Assembly: GCA_030390025.1 (NCBI GenBank)
Contig: CM059432.1
Location: forward strand, 992,001-1,056,000
From: Squalus acanthias
Lineage: Eukaryota
DNA length: 64,000 nt
Direction: 5' to 3'
The notes beneath the pieces were generated by a model. The model had not been told where the DNA came from, searched no databases, and saw only the letters and a list, made by a program, of their open reading frames with translations. Position numbers and translations under genes: made by a program. Positions 35,160-46,750 of the stretch are shown in pieces; the stretch's first letter is position 1; each line of letters opens with the position of its first letter.

Positions 35160-36805
35160 ATCTATGGAGTCCCCCAAGGATCTATCCTTGGCCCCCTCCT
35201 ATTTCTCAGCTACATGCTGCCCCTCGGCGACATCATCCGAAAACACAGCGTCGGTTTCCACATGTACGCTGATGACACCCAGCTCTACCTCACCACCACT
35301 TCTCTCGACCCCTCCACTGTTTCTGATTTGCCACGCTACTTGTCCGTCGTCTGAGCATAAATGTTCTCAAATTAAGTATTGGGAAGACCGAAACCACCGT
35401 CTTCGGTCCCTGCCACAAACTCCGTTCCCTAGACATTAACTCCATCCCTCTCCCTGGCCACTCTGAGGCTGAACCACACTGTTCGCAACCTCGGTGTCAT
35501 ATTTGACCCTGAAATGAGCTTCCGACCACATATCCGCAGCATAACAAAGACCGCCTATTTCCACCTCTGTAACATCGCCCGTCTCCGCCCTTGCCTCAGC
35601 TCATCCGCTGCTGAAACCCTCATCCATGCCTTTGTTACCTCTAGACTTGACTATTCCAAAGCACTCCTGGCTGGCCTCCCACATTCCACCCTACGTAAAC
35701 TTGAGGTCATCCAAAGCTCGGCTGCTCGTGTCCTAACTCACACCAAGTCCCGCTCACCTATCTCCCCTGTGCTCGCTGACTGACCTACATCGGCTCCCAG
35801 TTAAGCAAAGCCTCGATTTCAAATTCTCATCCTTGTTTTCAATTCCCTCCATGGCCTCGCCCCTCCCTATCTCTGTCACCTCCTCCAGCCCCACAACCCC
35901 CCGAGATATCTGCGCTCCTCTAATTCTGCCCTCTTGAGCATCCCTGATTATAATCGCTCAACCTTTGGTGGCTGTGCCTTCTGTTGCCTGGGCCCTAAGC
36001 TCTGGAATTCCCTCCCTAAACCTCTCCGCCTCGCTACCTCTCTCTCCTCCTTTAAGACGCTCCTTGAAACCTACCTCTTTGACCAAGCTTTTGGTCATCT
36101 GCCCTAATTTATCCTTATGTGGATTGGTGTCAAATTTTTTGTCTTATAATACTCCTGTGCAGCACCTTGGGACGCTTTACTACGTTAAAGGCGCTATATA
36201 AATACAAGGTGTTGTTGTTGTTATCACCAAAACTGCCTATTTCCACCTCCATAACATCGTCCGTCACTCCCCCTGCCTCAGTTCATCTGCTGCTGAAACC
36301 CTCATCCATGCTTTTGTTACCTCTAGACTTGACTATTCCAATTCTCCCCTGTCTTTCACCCTCCATAACCTTCATCTCATCTAAAGCTCTGCTGCCCATA
36401 TCCTGACTCTCACCAAGTCCCATCACCTCTGTGCTCACTGACCTACATTGGCTTCCAGTACAGCAACGCCTCAGGTTTAAAATTCTCATCCTTAGGTTCA
36501 AATCCCTCCATGGCCCTCGCCCGCTCCCTATCTTTGTAACCTCCTCCAGCCCTACACCCTCCGAGAACTCTGCATTTCTCCAATTTTAGCCTCTTGCGCA
36601 TTTCCTATTTCCTTCACCCCACCATTGGCGGCCGTGCCTTCAACTACCTGGGCCCTAAGCTCTGGAATTCCCTCCCTAAATCTACCTCTTTGACCAAGCT
36701 TTTGTTCACCTGTCCCAGTATCTCCTTACGTGGCTCAGTGTCAAATCTTTGTCTGATTACGTTCCTGTGAAGCGCCTTGGGACGTTTTACTACGTTAAAG
36801 GTGCT
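35160..36805 (+). mobile_element. Two tandem L2-type LINE 3' fragments
   Basis: Motifs [21 protein letters not shown] and HAFVTSRLDYS. The first tail is (gtt)n at ~36220, followed by a second copy. Confidence 0.88.
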
Positions 36806-37582
36806 GTTTTTTCTATCAGTAACTGCAGCTATTTCTGTTGCCCAGGTGTTTGGCAAGAAATGAATGAGAGCTTCTTAAAGTTGGGCTCTTTCTGCCTTAC
36901 TTCTAATATTTTTGGAATTTTGAGCCAGTTCTGCTTTAAGTGATCAGAAGCAGTTTAATAGCTGCTGACGTTGGATATCCCACCCCTTGGACCTTGTGCA
37001 CCACCAGAGAATTATTGGCCTCTGTGATTATTGGTTCGCTAGTCTGGCACCTTTGACATAGAAGCATCTAGTTACTTTATCCAACTGGTTTGATGAGGTT
37101 CCAAAACACACAATAACAAATACTGTTACAAATTCTTCAGTTGGAAGTTTAACCCTGCAGAACAAATGGAAATTTGTACGTGAGTCACAAACGCTTCTGG
37201 GATAGCTCTCAAAAGTTATCTGGTTACAAGCTCTCTCCTGTTGGCTGGGGTGAGAAGTTTCTAAATCCACAATACTCATTATGGGTACGTTTGACATCAG
37301 GAATGTCTGGGTGTATCAGCTGGTAAACAGACAGAATTTGACCAGAATTAAAGATTGCAGAGGACTTGAGCCATTACATGTTTTGGAATGTCTTTGTTTT
37401 TAGGTAGTTTTAATATTCTAGCTTTTTTTGGACGATTGCAATTTTTAAAACTACTTAAAACATTGGGGTTAGGAAGGACCAGAATATAGGAACTGGAGTA
37501 GGCCATTCAGCCCTTCGTGCCTGTTCCATCATTCAATTAGATCGTGGCTGTATCGCAACTCCATTTACCTGCCTTTGCGCCT

Positions 37583-38045
37583 TAGTGTCAGCCATGGCTC
37601 AGTGGGTAGCTGTCTCGCCTCTGGGTCAGAAGGTTGTGGGTTCAAGTCCCACTCCAGAGACTTGAGCACAAAATCTAGTTTGATACTCCAGTGCAGTGCT
37701 GAGGGAGTGCTGCACTGTCGGAGGTGCTATCTTTCGGATAAGACATTAAACCGAGACCCCGTCCGCCCTCTCAGGTGGATGCAAAAGATCCCACGGCACT
37801 ATTTTGAGGAAGAGCAGGGGAGTTCTCCCCGGTGCCCTGGCCAATATTTATCCCTCAATCAACATCACTAAAATAAATGATCTGGTCATTATCACGTTGC
37901 TGTTTATGGGACCTTGCAGTGCGCAAATTGGCTACTGTGTTTGCTGCATTACAACTACACTTCAAAAAGTATTTCATTGGCTGTAAAGCGCTTTGAGACG
38001 TCCTGAGGTCGTGAAAGGTGCTATATAAATGCAAGTCTTTTTTCC
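37583..38045 (+). mobile_element. tRNA-derived DeuSINE (SacSINE1-like); further copies near 23695, 42885-43340, 53825 and 56260-57040
   Basis: A box tggctcagtggg, B box ggttcaagtcc, L2-type tail ctatataaatgcaagtctttt. Confidence 0.8.
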
Positions 38046-41000
38046 CCCCTATTCTTGGCAATAATATCAATGGAGGATCTCTAGGTTATTGGTGGAATAG
38101 GCTCTTAATTTGACAGTTTGTTTGTCTTATCGAACAGGATCTTGATTCTTGCATTTAGTGCACCTAAACAAGGTGCGAACTAGTGAGTAAACGCAGCAGT
38201 TTCTGCCGGAAATAAACGTGGCACTTAAGACGCTGTAAGCGGCAACTATGAAATTGACATCAAGGCAAATAGTTAGTGGTTTTCGCTGTTTGGATGATAT
38301 AAGCGACTGCCTGTTTTAATTGTGGATGTTTTAAGTGGTGGGGACTGTAGTTAAATATTAGAAAATTGGTTTAAGTTTCTGTGACCGTGAAACAGTCTAA
38401 TATGTCCTCAGTTATGCAAATATACATAGAAAATGAGAAAATGACGGATAATTTAGGAATTTCCTTTTTTTTAATCTAGAAAGGCAAATAAGATTTTGAT
38501 GTAACTTTTATATTTTTTGATTTTTATGAGCCTTAGTCGAGAGTAATTAATTTTCAGCTGAAAAAAATGTTGAGAATAAGCATTTGAACACACTTGAGGG
38601 GATTGGACGAGAGTAAAAAACTCTGAACATCTTCCAAACATTATTTAATATTTATAATGTTTCCATTGGGGTTTTTTACAATTGAGCGCTCATATCTTCC
38701 ATTACCACCATTAATCACTGCCAAGTTTTTTTCAATGTGGCTCTGCATCAAATGATATATTTTGTAACATTACAATGCTACGCCTGGGCTATAATATAGT
38801 CAGTCAACAGAAGGAGAGGGATTGCCTGGTTACCGGTACCCTCCTGCCCATGGAAACAGTTTCTCCCTATTTAATCTTGGGCTGTGGAGAAAGAGCAGGG
38901 GGAGTGGGACTAATTGGGGAGCTCTTTCAAAGAGCCGGCACAGGCACGATGGCCCGAATGACCTCCTTCTGTGATGTATGATTCTGTGATTCTATGATTC
39001 TATCTGGACTAATGCCGGGCTGAAGTAAAGTGTGTCTGATGTTGGTGTGGCCTCTCAAACTCTGGAGATGTAAATATGCGGACAGTGCCTTCATCTGCTG
39101 CACGCAAAGTCCAGCCATGACTTGTGTGATATGGCAATTCTATCTACATATTTTTCAGGACCTAACTTTAACGTTCTTACGTTTCCTTACCTTGCCCAAG
39201 TGCTACTCCATATGTCTGTATTTTACAGGAAGTTAGACGTGAAGCGCCCACTATTAATAAATGTTACAAAACTAATTGTGCTTTAGAAATATTGTGTTGC
39301 GCACCTCAAAGCAACAACATTGAGATGCTCTGACGCAATTATGGATCATTGCATGTGTTTGTCTTTGGGTGAACTGTGTATGGGTAAACAGGATATAAGC
39401 ACATTACTAACGAGAGAGGGTATGGTGTAAATAGGCAGGGCGGATGAATAGTCATTATGGAACAGCTGCACAAATGGGGCTTTACATATAGGTTGCAGTA
39501 GCTGTTAGAACTTAATCATCACCTCTGTCAGTTTTGATATCAACCCGTCGCATTTGGTCTTGTTTATCCTCACTCTCTTAGATCTAATTCTAAACACTGG
39601 TAGTTTCACAACATACTCTTTTTTCCTTTGTTATTTTTTAAAACAAATATTTTTGTTCTTTCTTTACGTGTCTTTGTTTTTGATTCTCTCCTCCATTCTT
39701 TTTCTTTCTCTTCTTGCCTTATGCCTTTATCTGTATTTTCTGAATTCTCGCTTTTCTTGATCAGTTTGCCTTGTTGGCCATTCTCCTGTTCATTGTATCT
39801 GTTCATTTTGCCTGCTTCAGTTTGGTCACCTCTCTTCCTGTCTTTCCATTCGCATTCAGTCATTTCTGATATGCTTGTCCCGCAACGCCTCGATTTCAAA
39901 ATTCTCATCCTTGTTTTCAAATCCCTCCATGGCCTCACCCCTCTCTATCTCTGTAACCTCCTCCAGTCCTACAACCTTCCAAGATCTCCGCGCTCCTCCA
40001 GTTCTGGCCTCTTGCCCATCCCCGATTTTCATCACTTTACCTTTGGTGGCCGTTCCTTCAGCTGCCTGGGCCCCAAGATCAGGAATTCCCTCCCTAAACC
40101 TCTCCGCCTCTCTCTTCTCCTTTTAAGACGCTTCCTAAAACCTACCTCTTTGACAAATTTTTGGTCACCTGTCCTAAGACCTCCTTATGTGGCTCAGTGT
40201 CAAATTTTGTTTGATAATCGCTCCTGTGAAGTGCCTTGGGACGTTTTATTTATAAATGCAAGTTGTTGTTGCTAGCTATAGTTCAGAAAGGCACACAGGT
40301 ATACATGGAAATCCCAAGCCTCCATTGGGATTCCCACCTAAATTTATCACAGATTGATTTTTTTCCTCCTTGGTTGCACGTAACCTGTCTAAAAATGTGA
40401 TGGGCTATCCAGGGCAACGAATAATATCAAGTCCTGTTTCTAGCATATCACCTGATATCATTCATGTCAATAGAATATTGAAGTTGACATTAGAAAGACG
40501 AATGCACTTGAACAGGAATATACAACGATGGGCTCTTTCTGATCCCACTAAGCTAAAAATATAAACACTGGTAGGGAATCTGTAAGAAATTAAGGAGAGG
40601 TTAATAAAATTACATAGAATGTACAACACAGAAACATGCCGGTGTTTATGCTACACACGAGCCTCCTCCCACCCCTCTTCATCTAACTCTATCAGCACAA
40701 CCTTCTATTCCTTTCTTCCTCATGTACTTATCTAGCTTCCCCTGAAATGCACCTATGCTATTCGTTTCAACCACTCCCTGTGGTAGCGAGTTCCACATTC
40801 TCACCACTCTCTGGGTAAAGAAGTTTCTCTTGAATTCCCGATTGGATTTATTAGTGACTATCTTATATTTATGGCCTCTAGTTTTGGTCCTCCCACAAGT
40901 AGAAACATCTCTACGTCTACCCTATCAAACCCTTTCATAATTTTAAAGACCTTTATCAGGTCACCCCTCAATCTTTTCTCTTTTCTAGAGAAAAGAGCCC

Positions 41001-41509
41001 CAGCCTGTTCAATCTTTCAAAAACAGAAATGATAGGTAAGGGTATCAAGGGATATGGAGCAAAGGCAGGTAAATGGAATTAAGATACAGATCAGCCATGA
41101 TCTAATAGAATGGCGGAACAGGCTCGCGGGGCTGAATGGCCTCCTCCTGTTCTGATGTTCCTATGGAAGGCAAGTCAAGCTAGGAACTAATAGGAGAGTG
41201 AAGACAGCAATGAAAAATAGTGTTTAAAAAATGGAGAACATTTTCTGCTCTAAAAGCCTTGAATTAAAAAGCATGGGTTCACTTGAAAGAAGAATTTGGT
41301 TACTTTTCTAATATCATACCACACTTTTAAAAAGTATAATTGAGGTTATTTGAGTTCTTATAAATGTATAAACCGAAGAGGTGAACACTGCTTTGTGTCC
41401 TTCATTGTTTGTGTCTCTATGACGATAACCACGGTGGAGGAGAATTAAATATGCTAAGGGGAAAGCAATGCATCAGCGTTTCAGTTTTCCAAATAAATCG
41501 CGTTGATGT

Positions 41510-41809
41510 GAAATGACTGAGCGATTGTCTAGACACGTCTGGGTCTCGACGTGGACAGGGTGTGTGGCTGCCACACCTTCCAACTAGTACTAACTAGACC
41601 TGCGAATGCGTTGTCTGATTTGTCAGAGTTGTATTAGTGATTATAGCTGTTATAAATCCTGAGTCAGAGGGAGGCAGAGTTTAAAGGTGGAGTATCAGAC
41701 ACCTTGTGAGTCCGATTCAACCCGAGCACAGAGAGCGGGTATAAAAGCGGCATTCGGTGGTGAACTCCCCAACTTGAAGTATTCCCCTGCGAGACTTGAG
41801 GGCTGAAGG
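41510..41809 (+). promoter_or_regulatory. LAMA3: Putative internal LAMA3A promoter and 5' UTR
   Basis: TATAAAA at 41740-41746, AP-1 TGAGTCA at 41660-41666 and palindromic Smad element GTCTAGAC at 41527-41534, in TE-free sequence just upstream of ATG 41810. Confidence 0.75.
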
Positions 41810-41980
41810 ATGCCCACGTATTTGGTGTGGATGAAGAGACTCCGTGTCCTGGCTGTCTTGTTATCGATTATTGGGCCATGTTTGGCCGGGATGAGACCAG
41901 CGGATGAGCCAAAGAATATACCACAGACTCCACAAAATGTTTTATTGAATAGCAGCAGTAACAGAATCAACTGCAGACAG
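41810..41980 (+). CDS. LAMA3: Alternative first coding exon of the short isoform laminin alpha-3A (signal peptide)
   Basis: ATG...CAG|gtaaca, 57 codons: MPTYLVWMKRLRVLAVLLSIIGPCLAGMRPADEPKNIPQTPQNVLLNSSSNRINCRQ. Phase 0 joins exon 45288 in frame. Sits in the same intron as the mammalian alpha-3A exon. Confidence 0.88.
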
Positions 41981-43726
41981 GTAACATTCTGTGATAGGAT
42001 ATTGTGAAACAACTCAACTAAACTTAAATGAGAAGGAAGACAGTTTTAAAGTTTAAAGAAACCTTTAGTTTTGTGTGCATGAGCTCAGTTCTATCTCCAA
42101 TTGCATAAGATACTTTTAGAATATGAAAATGTGCTCCAGAATTGTTTATTACCATCGGGTTTTTGTAGTTGTGTTTTGGGATGTAGGTTAATGTTTACTT
42201 TAATTGCTATTTGATACGTTTAGTTAAAAAATCTATGAACTTGAAATTAGCTGATACGTTTCTAAGTATTGTTGTGGCTACATTGGACTAGAGGAATGAC
42301 CAAGATCGCATAAAATTTGATGGGAGTGAAATATTAAAAAAATGATGAGCTTTTTTCTCAACTGAGGAGAATTGTTTTTACGCAGCGAAATGTTATGATC
42401 TGGAACGCGCTGCCTGAAAGGGCGGTGGAAGCAGATTCAATAGTAACTTTCAAAAGGGAATTGAATAAATACTTGAAAGGGAAAAATTTGCAGGACTGTG
42501 GGGAAAGAGCAAGGGGGGGGAGTGGGACTAGTTGGAGAGCTCGTTCAAAGAGCCGGCACAGGCTCGATGGGCCGAATGGCCTCCTCCTGTGCTGTGAGAT
42601 TCCGTGATTTAGAAATATATAGAAGCTGCAACACAAAAACAGCCCATGTTGATGTTTACCCTCCACACGAGCAATTAGTCCGAATCATGTTTACCCACCC
42701 TGCTCCTCTATCCCTTAACTTCTTTTCTTTCATCCTCTTCTCCAATCTAATCTTGAATGTTGACACAGTTTTTGCCTCAATCACTAATCCTGAAAGTGAA
42801 TTCCACAGCCGCACGATCCTCTGTGAAGACATTTCTCTTGCACTCTGTTCTAAATCTCTTATATTTAATCTTGTATCAGTGAAAGGAAAGAAAGAACACT
42901 TATTTCAATCAGATCTTTCACAGCCTCAGGACGTCCCAAAGCACTTCACTGCCAATCAAGTTTTTTTTTGAAGTGTGGTCACTGTTGTAATATAGGGAAA
43001 GATGGCTGCCAGTTTGCGCACAGCAAGATCCCACAAACAGCAATGAGATAAATGACCAGATAATCTGTTTTGGTGGAGTTGGTTGAGGGATAAGTATTGG
43101 CGGGGAGCACTCCCCTGCTCTTCGTTGAAATGGTGGCTGTAGGATCCAACTGACAGGGCAGATGGGGCCTCGGTTTAATGTCTCATCCCAAAAATAGCAC
43201 CTCTGACAGTGAAGTGCTCCCTCAGTACTGCACTGGGAGTGTCGGCCTAGATTATGTGCTCAAGTCTCTGGAGTGGGTCTTGAACCCACAACCTTCAGAC
43301 TCAGAGGTGAGAGCGCTGCCCACTGAGGCACGGCTAACACCTATGGCCTCACATTCTAGACCCCTCACCTACTGGAACCAGTTTGCTGCTATATACCCTG
43401 TCCCGTCCTTTCATAATTTTAAATACTTCTATCATATCGGCCGTAAAGCCCCAATTCTTCAAGACTTACTTTGTATTTGTATTTGCTCACACCAGGCAGT
43501 ATCCCAATGACCCTGCGTTGTACCCTCCCTAAAGTCTCATTATCCTTCCTGTGTGTGGAGCCCAATACTGCACACAATACTCGAACTGAGGACTTACCAT
43601 AGAATCATAAGAAGTTTACGGCACAGAAGCAGGCCATTTGGCCCAAGTTGGTTATGATGGTTTTATAACTAGTTTCTTTTATTCTCTTTTCTCTTTCTTT
43701 ATCTTGGGAACAAATGTTAGCTTATT

Positions 43727-45240
43727 ACATACAATTACAGCACAGAAACAGGCCATTCGGCCCAACTGGTCCAGGCCGGTGTTTCTGCTCCACACGAGAC
43801 TCCTCCCACCCCTCTTCATCTCACCCCATCACCATATCCTTCTATTCCTCTCTCCCTCAGGTGCTTATCTAGCTTCCCCTTAAATACATCTATGCTATTC
43901 GCCTCAACTATTCCTTGTGGTAGCGAGTTCCACGTTCTAACAACTCTGGGTAAAGAAGTTTCTTCTGAAATCCATATTGGATTTATTACTCACTATCTTA
44001 TATTTATGGCCTCTAGTTTTGGTCTCCTCCACAAACAGAAACATTTTCTCTACGTTTACCCTATCAAACCCCTTCATAAATTTAAAGACCTCTATCAGGT
44101 CACCCCTCAGTCTTCTCTTTTCTAGAGAAAAGAGCCCCAGCCTGTTCAGCCTTTCCTGATAAATATAATCTCTCAGTTCTGGTTTCATCCTTGTAAATCT
44201 TTTTTTGTACCTTCTCTGGTGCCTCTATATCCCTTTTTGTAATATGGAGACCAGAACTGTACACAGTGCTCCATGTGTGGTCTAACCAAGGTTCTATACA
44301 AGTTTGACATAACTTCTCTTGCTTTTCAATTCTATCCCTCTAGAAATGAACAACAGTGCTTTGTTTGCTTTTTTTAATGGCTTTATTGTGGCTTTATTAA
44401 CCTGCGTCACTACTTTTAGTGATTTGTGTATCCGTATTAAGTGCCACAGTCTCATTTAATAGCTCTCAGAACGTTGCAAGAGAGATTAGATGTTTGTTTG
44501 TCGTACTTTTCATACATATCTCAGGGGATGGGAGATCAGAGATCAGGGAGAGACAATTATGAAAGCAAATAGTATGTTGGCCTTTATTACAAAAGGATTT
44601 GAGTATAAGAGTAAAGACGTCTTACTGCAATTATATAGGGCCCTGGTGAGACCACACCTGGAGTATTGTGTACAGTTTTGGTCTCCTTCCCTAAGGAAGG
44701 ATATACTTGCCATAGAGGGAGTGCAACGAAGGTTCACCAGACTGGTTCCTGGGATGGGGGGGATTGTCCTATGAGGGGAGATTGAGTAGACTAGGCCTTT
44801 ATTCTCTTGAGTGTAGAAGAGTGAGAGGTGATCTCATTGAAACATACAAAATTCTTACAGGGCTTGACAGGGTAGATGCAGGGAGGATGTTTCCCCTGGC
44901 TGGGGAGTCTAGAACCAGGGGTCACAGTCTCAGAATAAGGGGTCGGCCATTTAGGACTGAGATGAGGAGAAATTTCTTCACTCAGAGAGGGTGGTGAATC
45001 TTTCGAATTCTCTACCTCAGAGGGCTGTGGAGGCTCAGTCATTGAGTATATTCAAGACAGAGATCGATAGATATTTGAATATTAAGGGAATCAAGGGATA
45101 TGGGGATCGGGCGGGAAAGTGGAGATGAGGTAGAAGATCAGCCATGAATTCATTGAATGGTGGAGCAGGCTCGAGGGGCCAAATGGCTGACTCCTGCTCC
45201 TATTTCTTATGTACCCCTAGATCCCTCTGCTCCTCTAACC
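43727..45240. mobile_element. CR1 fragment (-) interrupted by a chimeric CR1 insertion (+, ~44437-45210)
   Basis: The host reads ...gatttgtgtatccgta and resumes gtacccctagatccctctgc at 45211. Confidence 0.8.
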
Positions 45241-45287
45241 CAGAGTAAATGATGGCTTACACTTTCTTCAATGTTGATCTTTAATAG

Positions 45288-45401
45288 CGATGTGTCGTTG
45301 GATACTACAGAGAACGGAAAGGCTTCTTCCTGGGCCGGTGTGTTCCTTGTCGCTGTCATGGACATTCAGACCAATGCGCAGATCGATCCGGAAGATGTAC
45401 T
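45288..45401 (+). CDS. LAMA3: Laminin alpha-3 exon, first exon shared by alpha-3A and alpha-3B
   Basis: ttaatag|CGA...ACT|gtaagt. Encodes [38 protein letters not shown]; 114 nt, phase 0-0. Confidence 0.95.
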
Positions 45402-45901
45402 GTAAGTAACCAGATATAAATTTTGATTGCATTGTACAAAATATTACAAAGTATTTACAGCACAGAAACAGGCCATTCGGTCCAACTGCTCCGTGCCGGT
45501 GTTTATGTCCCACACCAGCCTCCTCCCGCCCCTCTTCATCTCACCCCATCAACACATCTTTCTATTCCTTTATCTCTCATGTACTTATCTAGCTTCCCAT
45601 TAAATGCATCTATGCTATTCGCCTCAATCACTCCCTGTGGTAGCGAGTTCCACATTCTCACCACTCTCTGGGTAAAGAAGTTTCTCCTGAATTCCCTATT
45701 GGATTTATTAGTGACCATCTTATGTTTATGGCCCCTAGTTCTGGTCTCCCCCCACAAGTGGAGATATCGTCTAGCCAATCGAACCCTTTCATAATCTTAA
45801 AGACTTCGATCAGGTCTGTAAATCGCTTGAACATGATACCCGACAACAATAAAAACCTCTGCTTAGAAATTGCGGGTTTTGTGGCCTAGAAATTCGGCCT
45901 A

Positions 45902-46750
45902 AGAACATAAGAATTAGGAGCAGGAGTAGGCCATACGGCCCCTCGAGCCTGCTCTGCCATTCAATAAGATCATGGCTGATCATCGACCTCAACTCCACTT
46001 TCCCGCCCGATCTCCATATCCCTTGATTCCCCTAGAGTCCAAAATTCTATCGATCTCAGCCTTGAATATACTCAAAGACTCAGCATTTACAGCCCTCTGA
46101 GGCAGAGAATTCCAAAGATTCACAACCCTCTGAGTGAAGAAATTCCTCCTCATCTCAGTCCTAAATGACCGACCTCTTATACTAAGACTATGCCCCCTAG
46201 TTCTAGACTCTCCAGCCAGGGGAAACAACCTCTCAGCATCTACCCTGTCAATCCCCCTCAGAATCTTGTATGTTTCAATGAGATCACCTCTCATTCTTCT
46301 AAACTCCAGTGAGTATAGGCCCATTCTACACAATCTCTCATCATAGGACAGCCCTCTCTTCCCAGGAACCAATCTAGTGAACCTTCGTTGCACCGCCTCC
46401 AAGGCAAGTATATCCTTCCTTAGATAAGGAGACCTAAACTGTGCACAGTACTCCAGGTGTGGTCTCACCAAGGCCCTGTACAATTGTAGCAAGACTTCCT
46501 TACTCTTGTACTCCAACCCCCTTGCAATAAAGGCCAACATGCCATTTGCCTTCCTTATTGCTTGCTGTACCTGCATGCTAGCTTTCTGTGTTTCTTGCAC
46601 GAGGATACCCAAATCTCTCTGAACACCAACATTTGAAAGTTTCTCACCATTTAAAAAATATTCTGTTTTTCTATTCTTCCTACCAAAGTGAATAACCTCA
46701 CATTTCCCTACATTATACTCCATCTGCCACCTTACTGCCCACTCACTTAG
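45902..46750 (-). mobile_element. CR1 LINE 3' fragment with open RT C-terminal frame
   Basis: ORF 45989-46771 contains WQMEYNVGKCEVIHFG...LVRPHLEYC. Confidence 0.9.
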
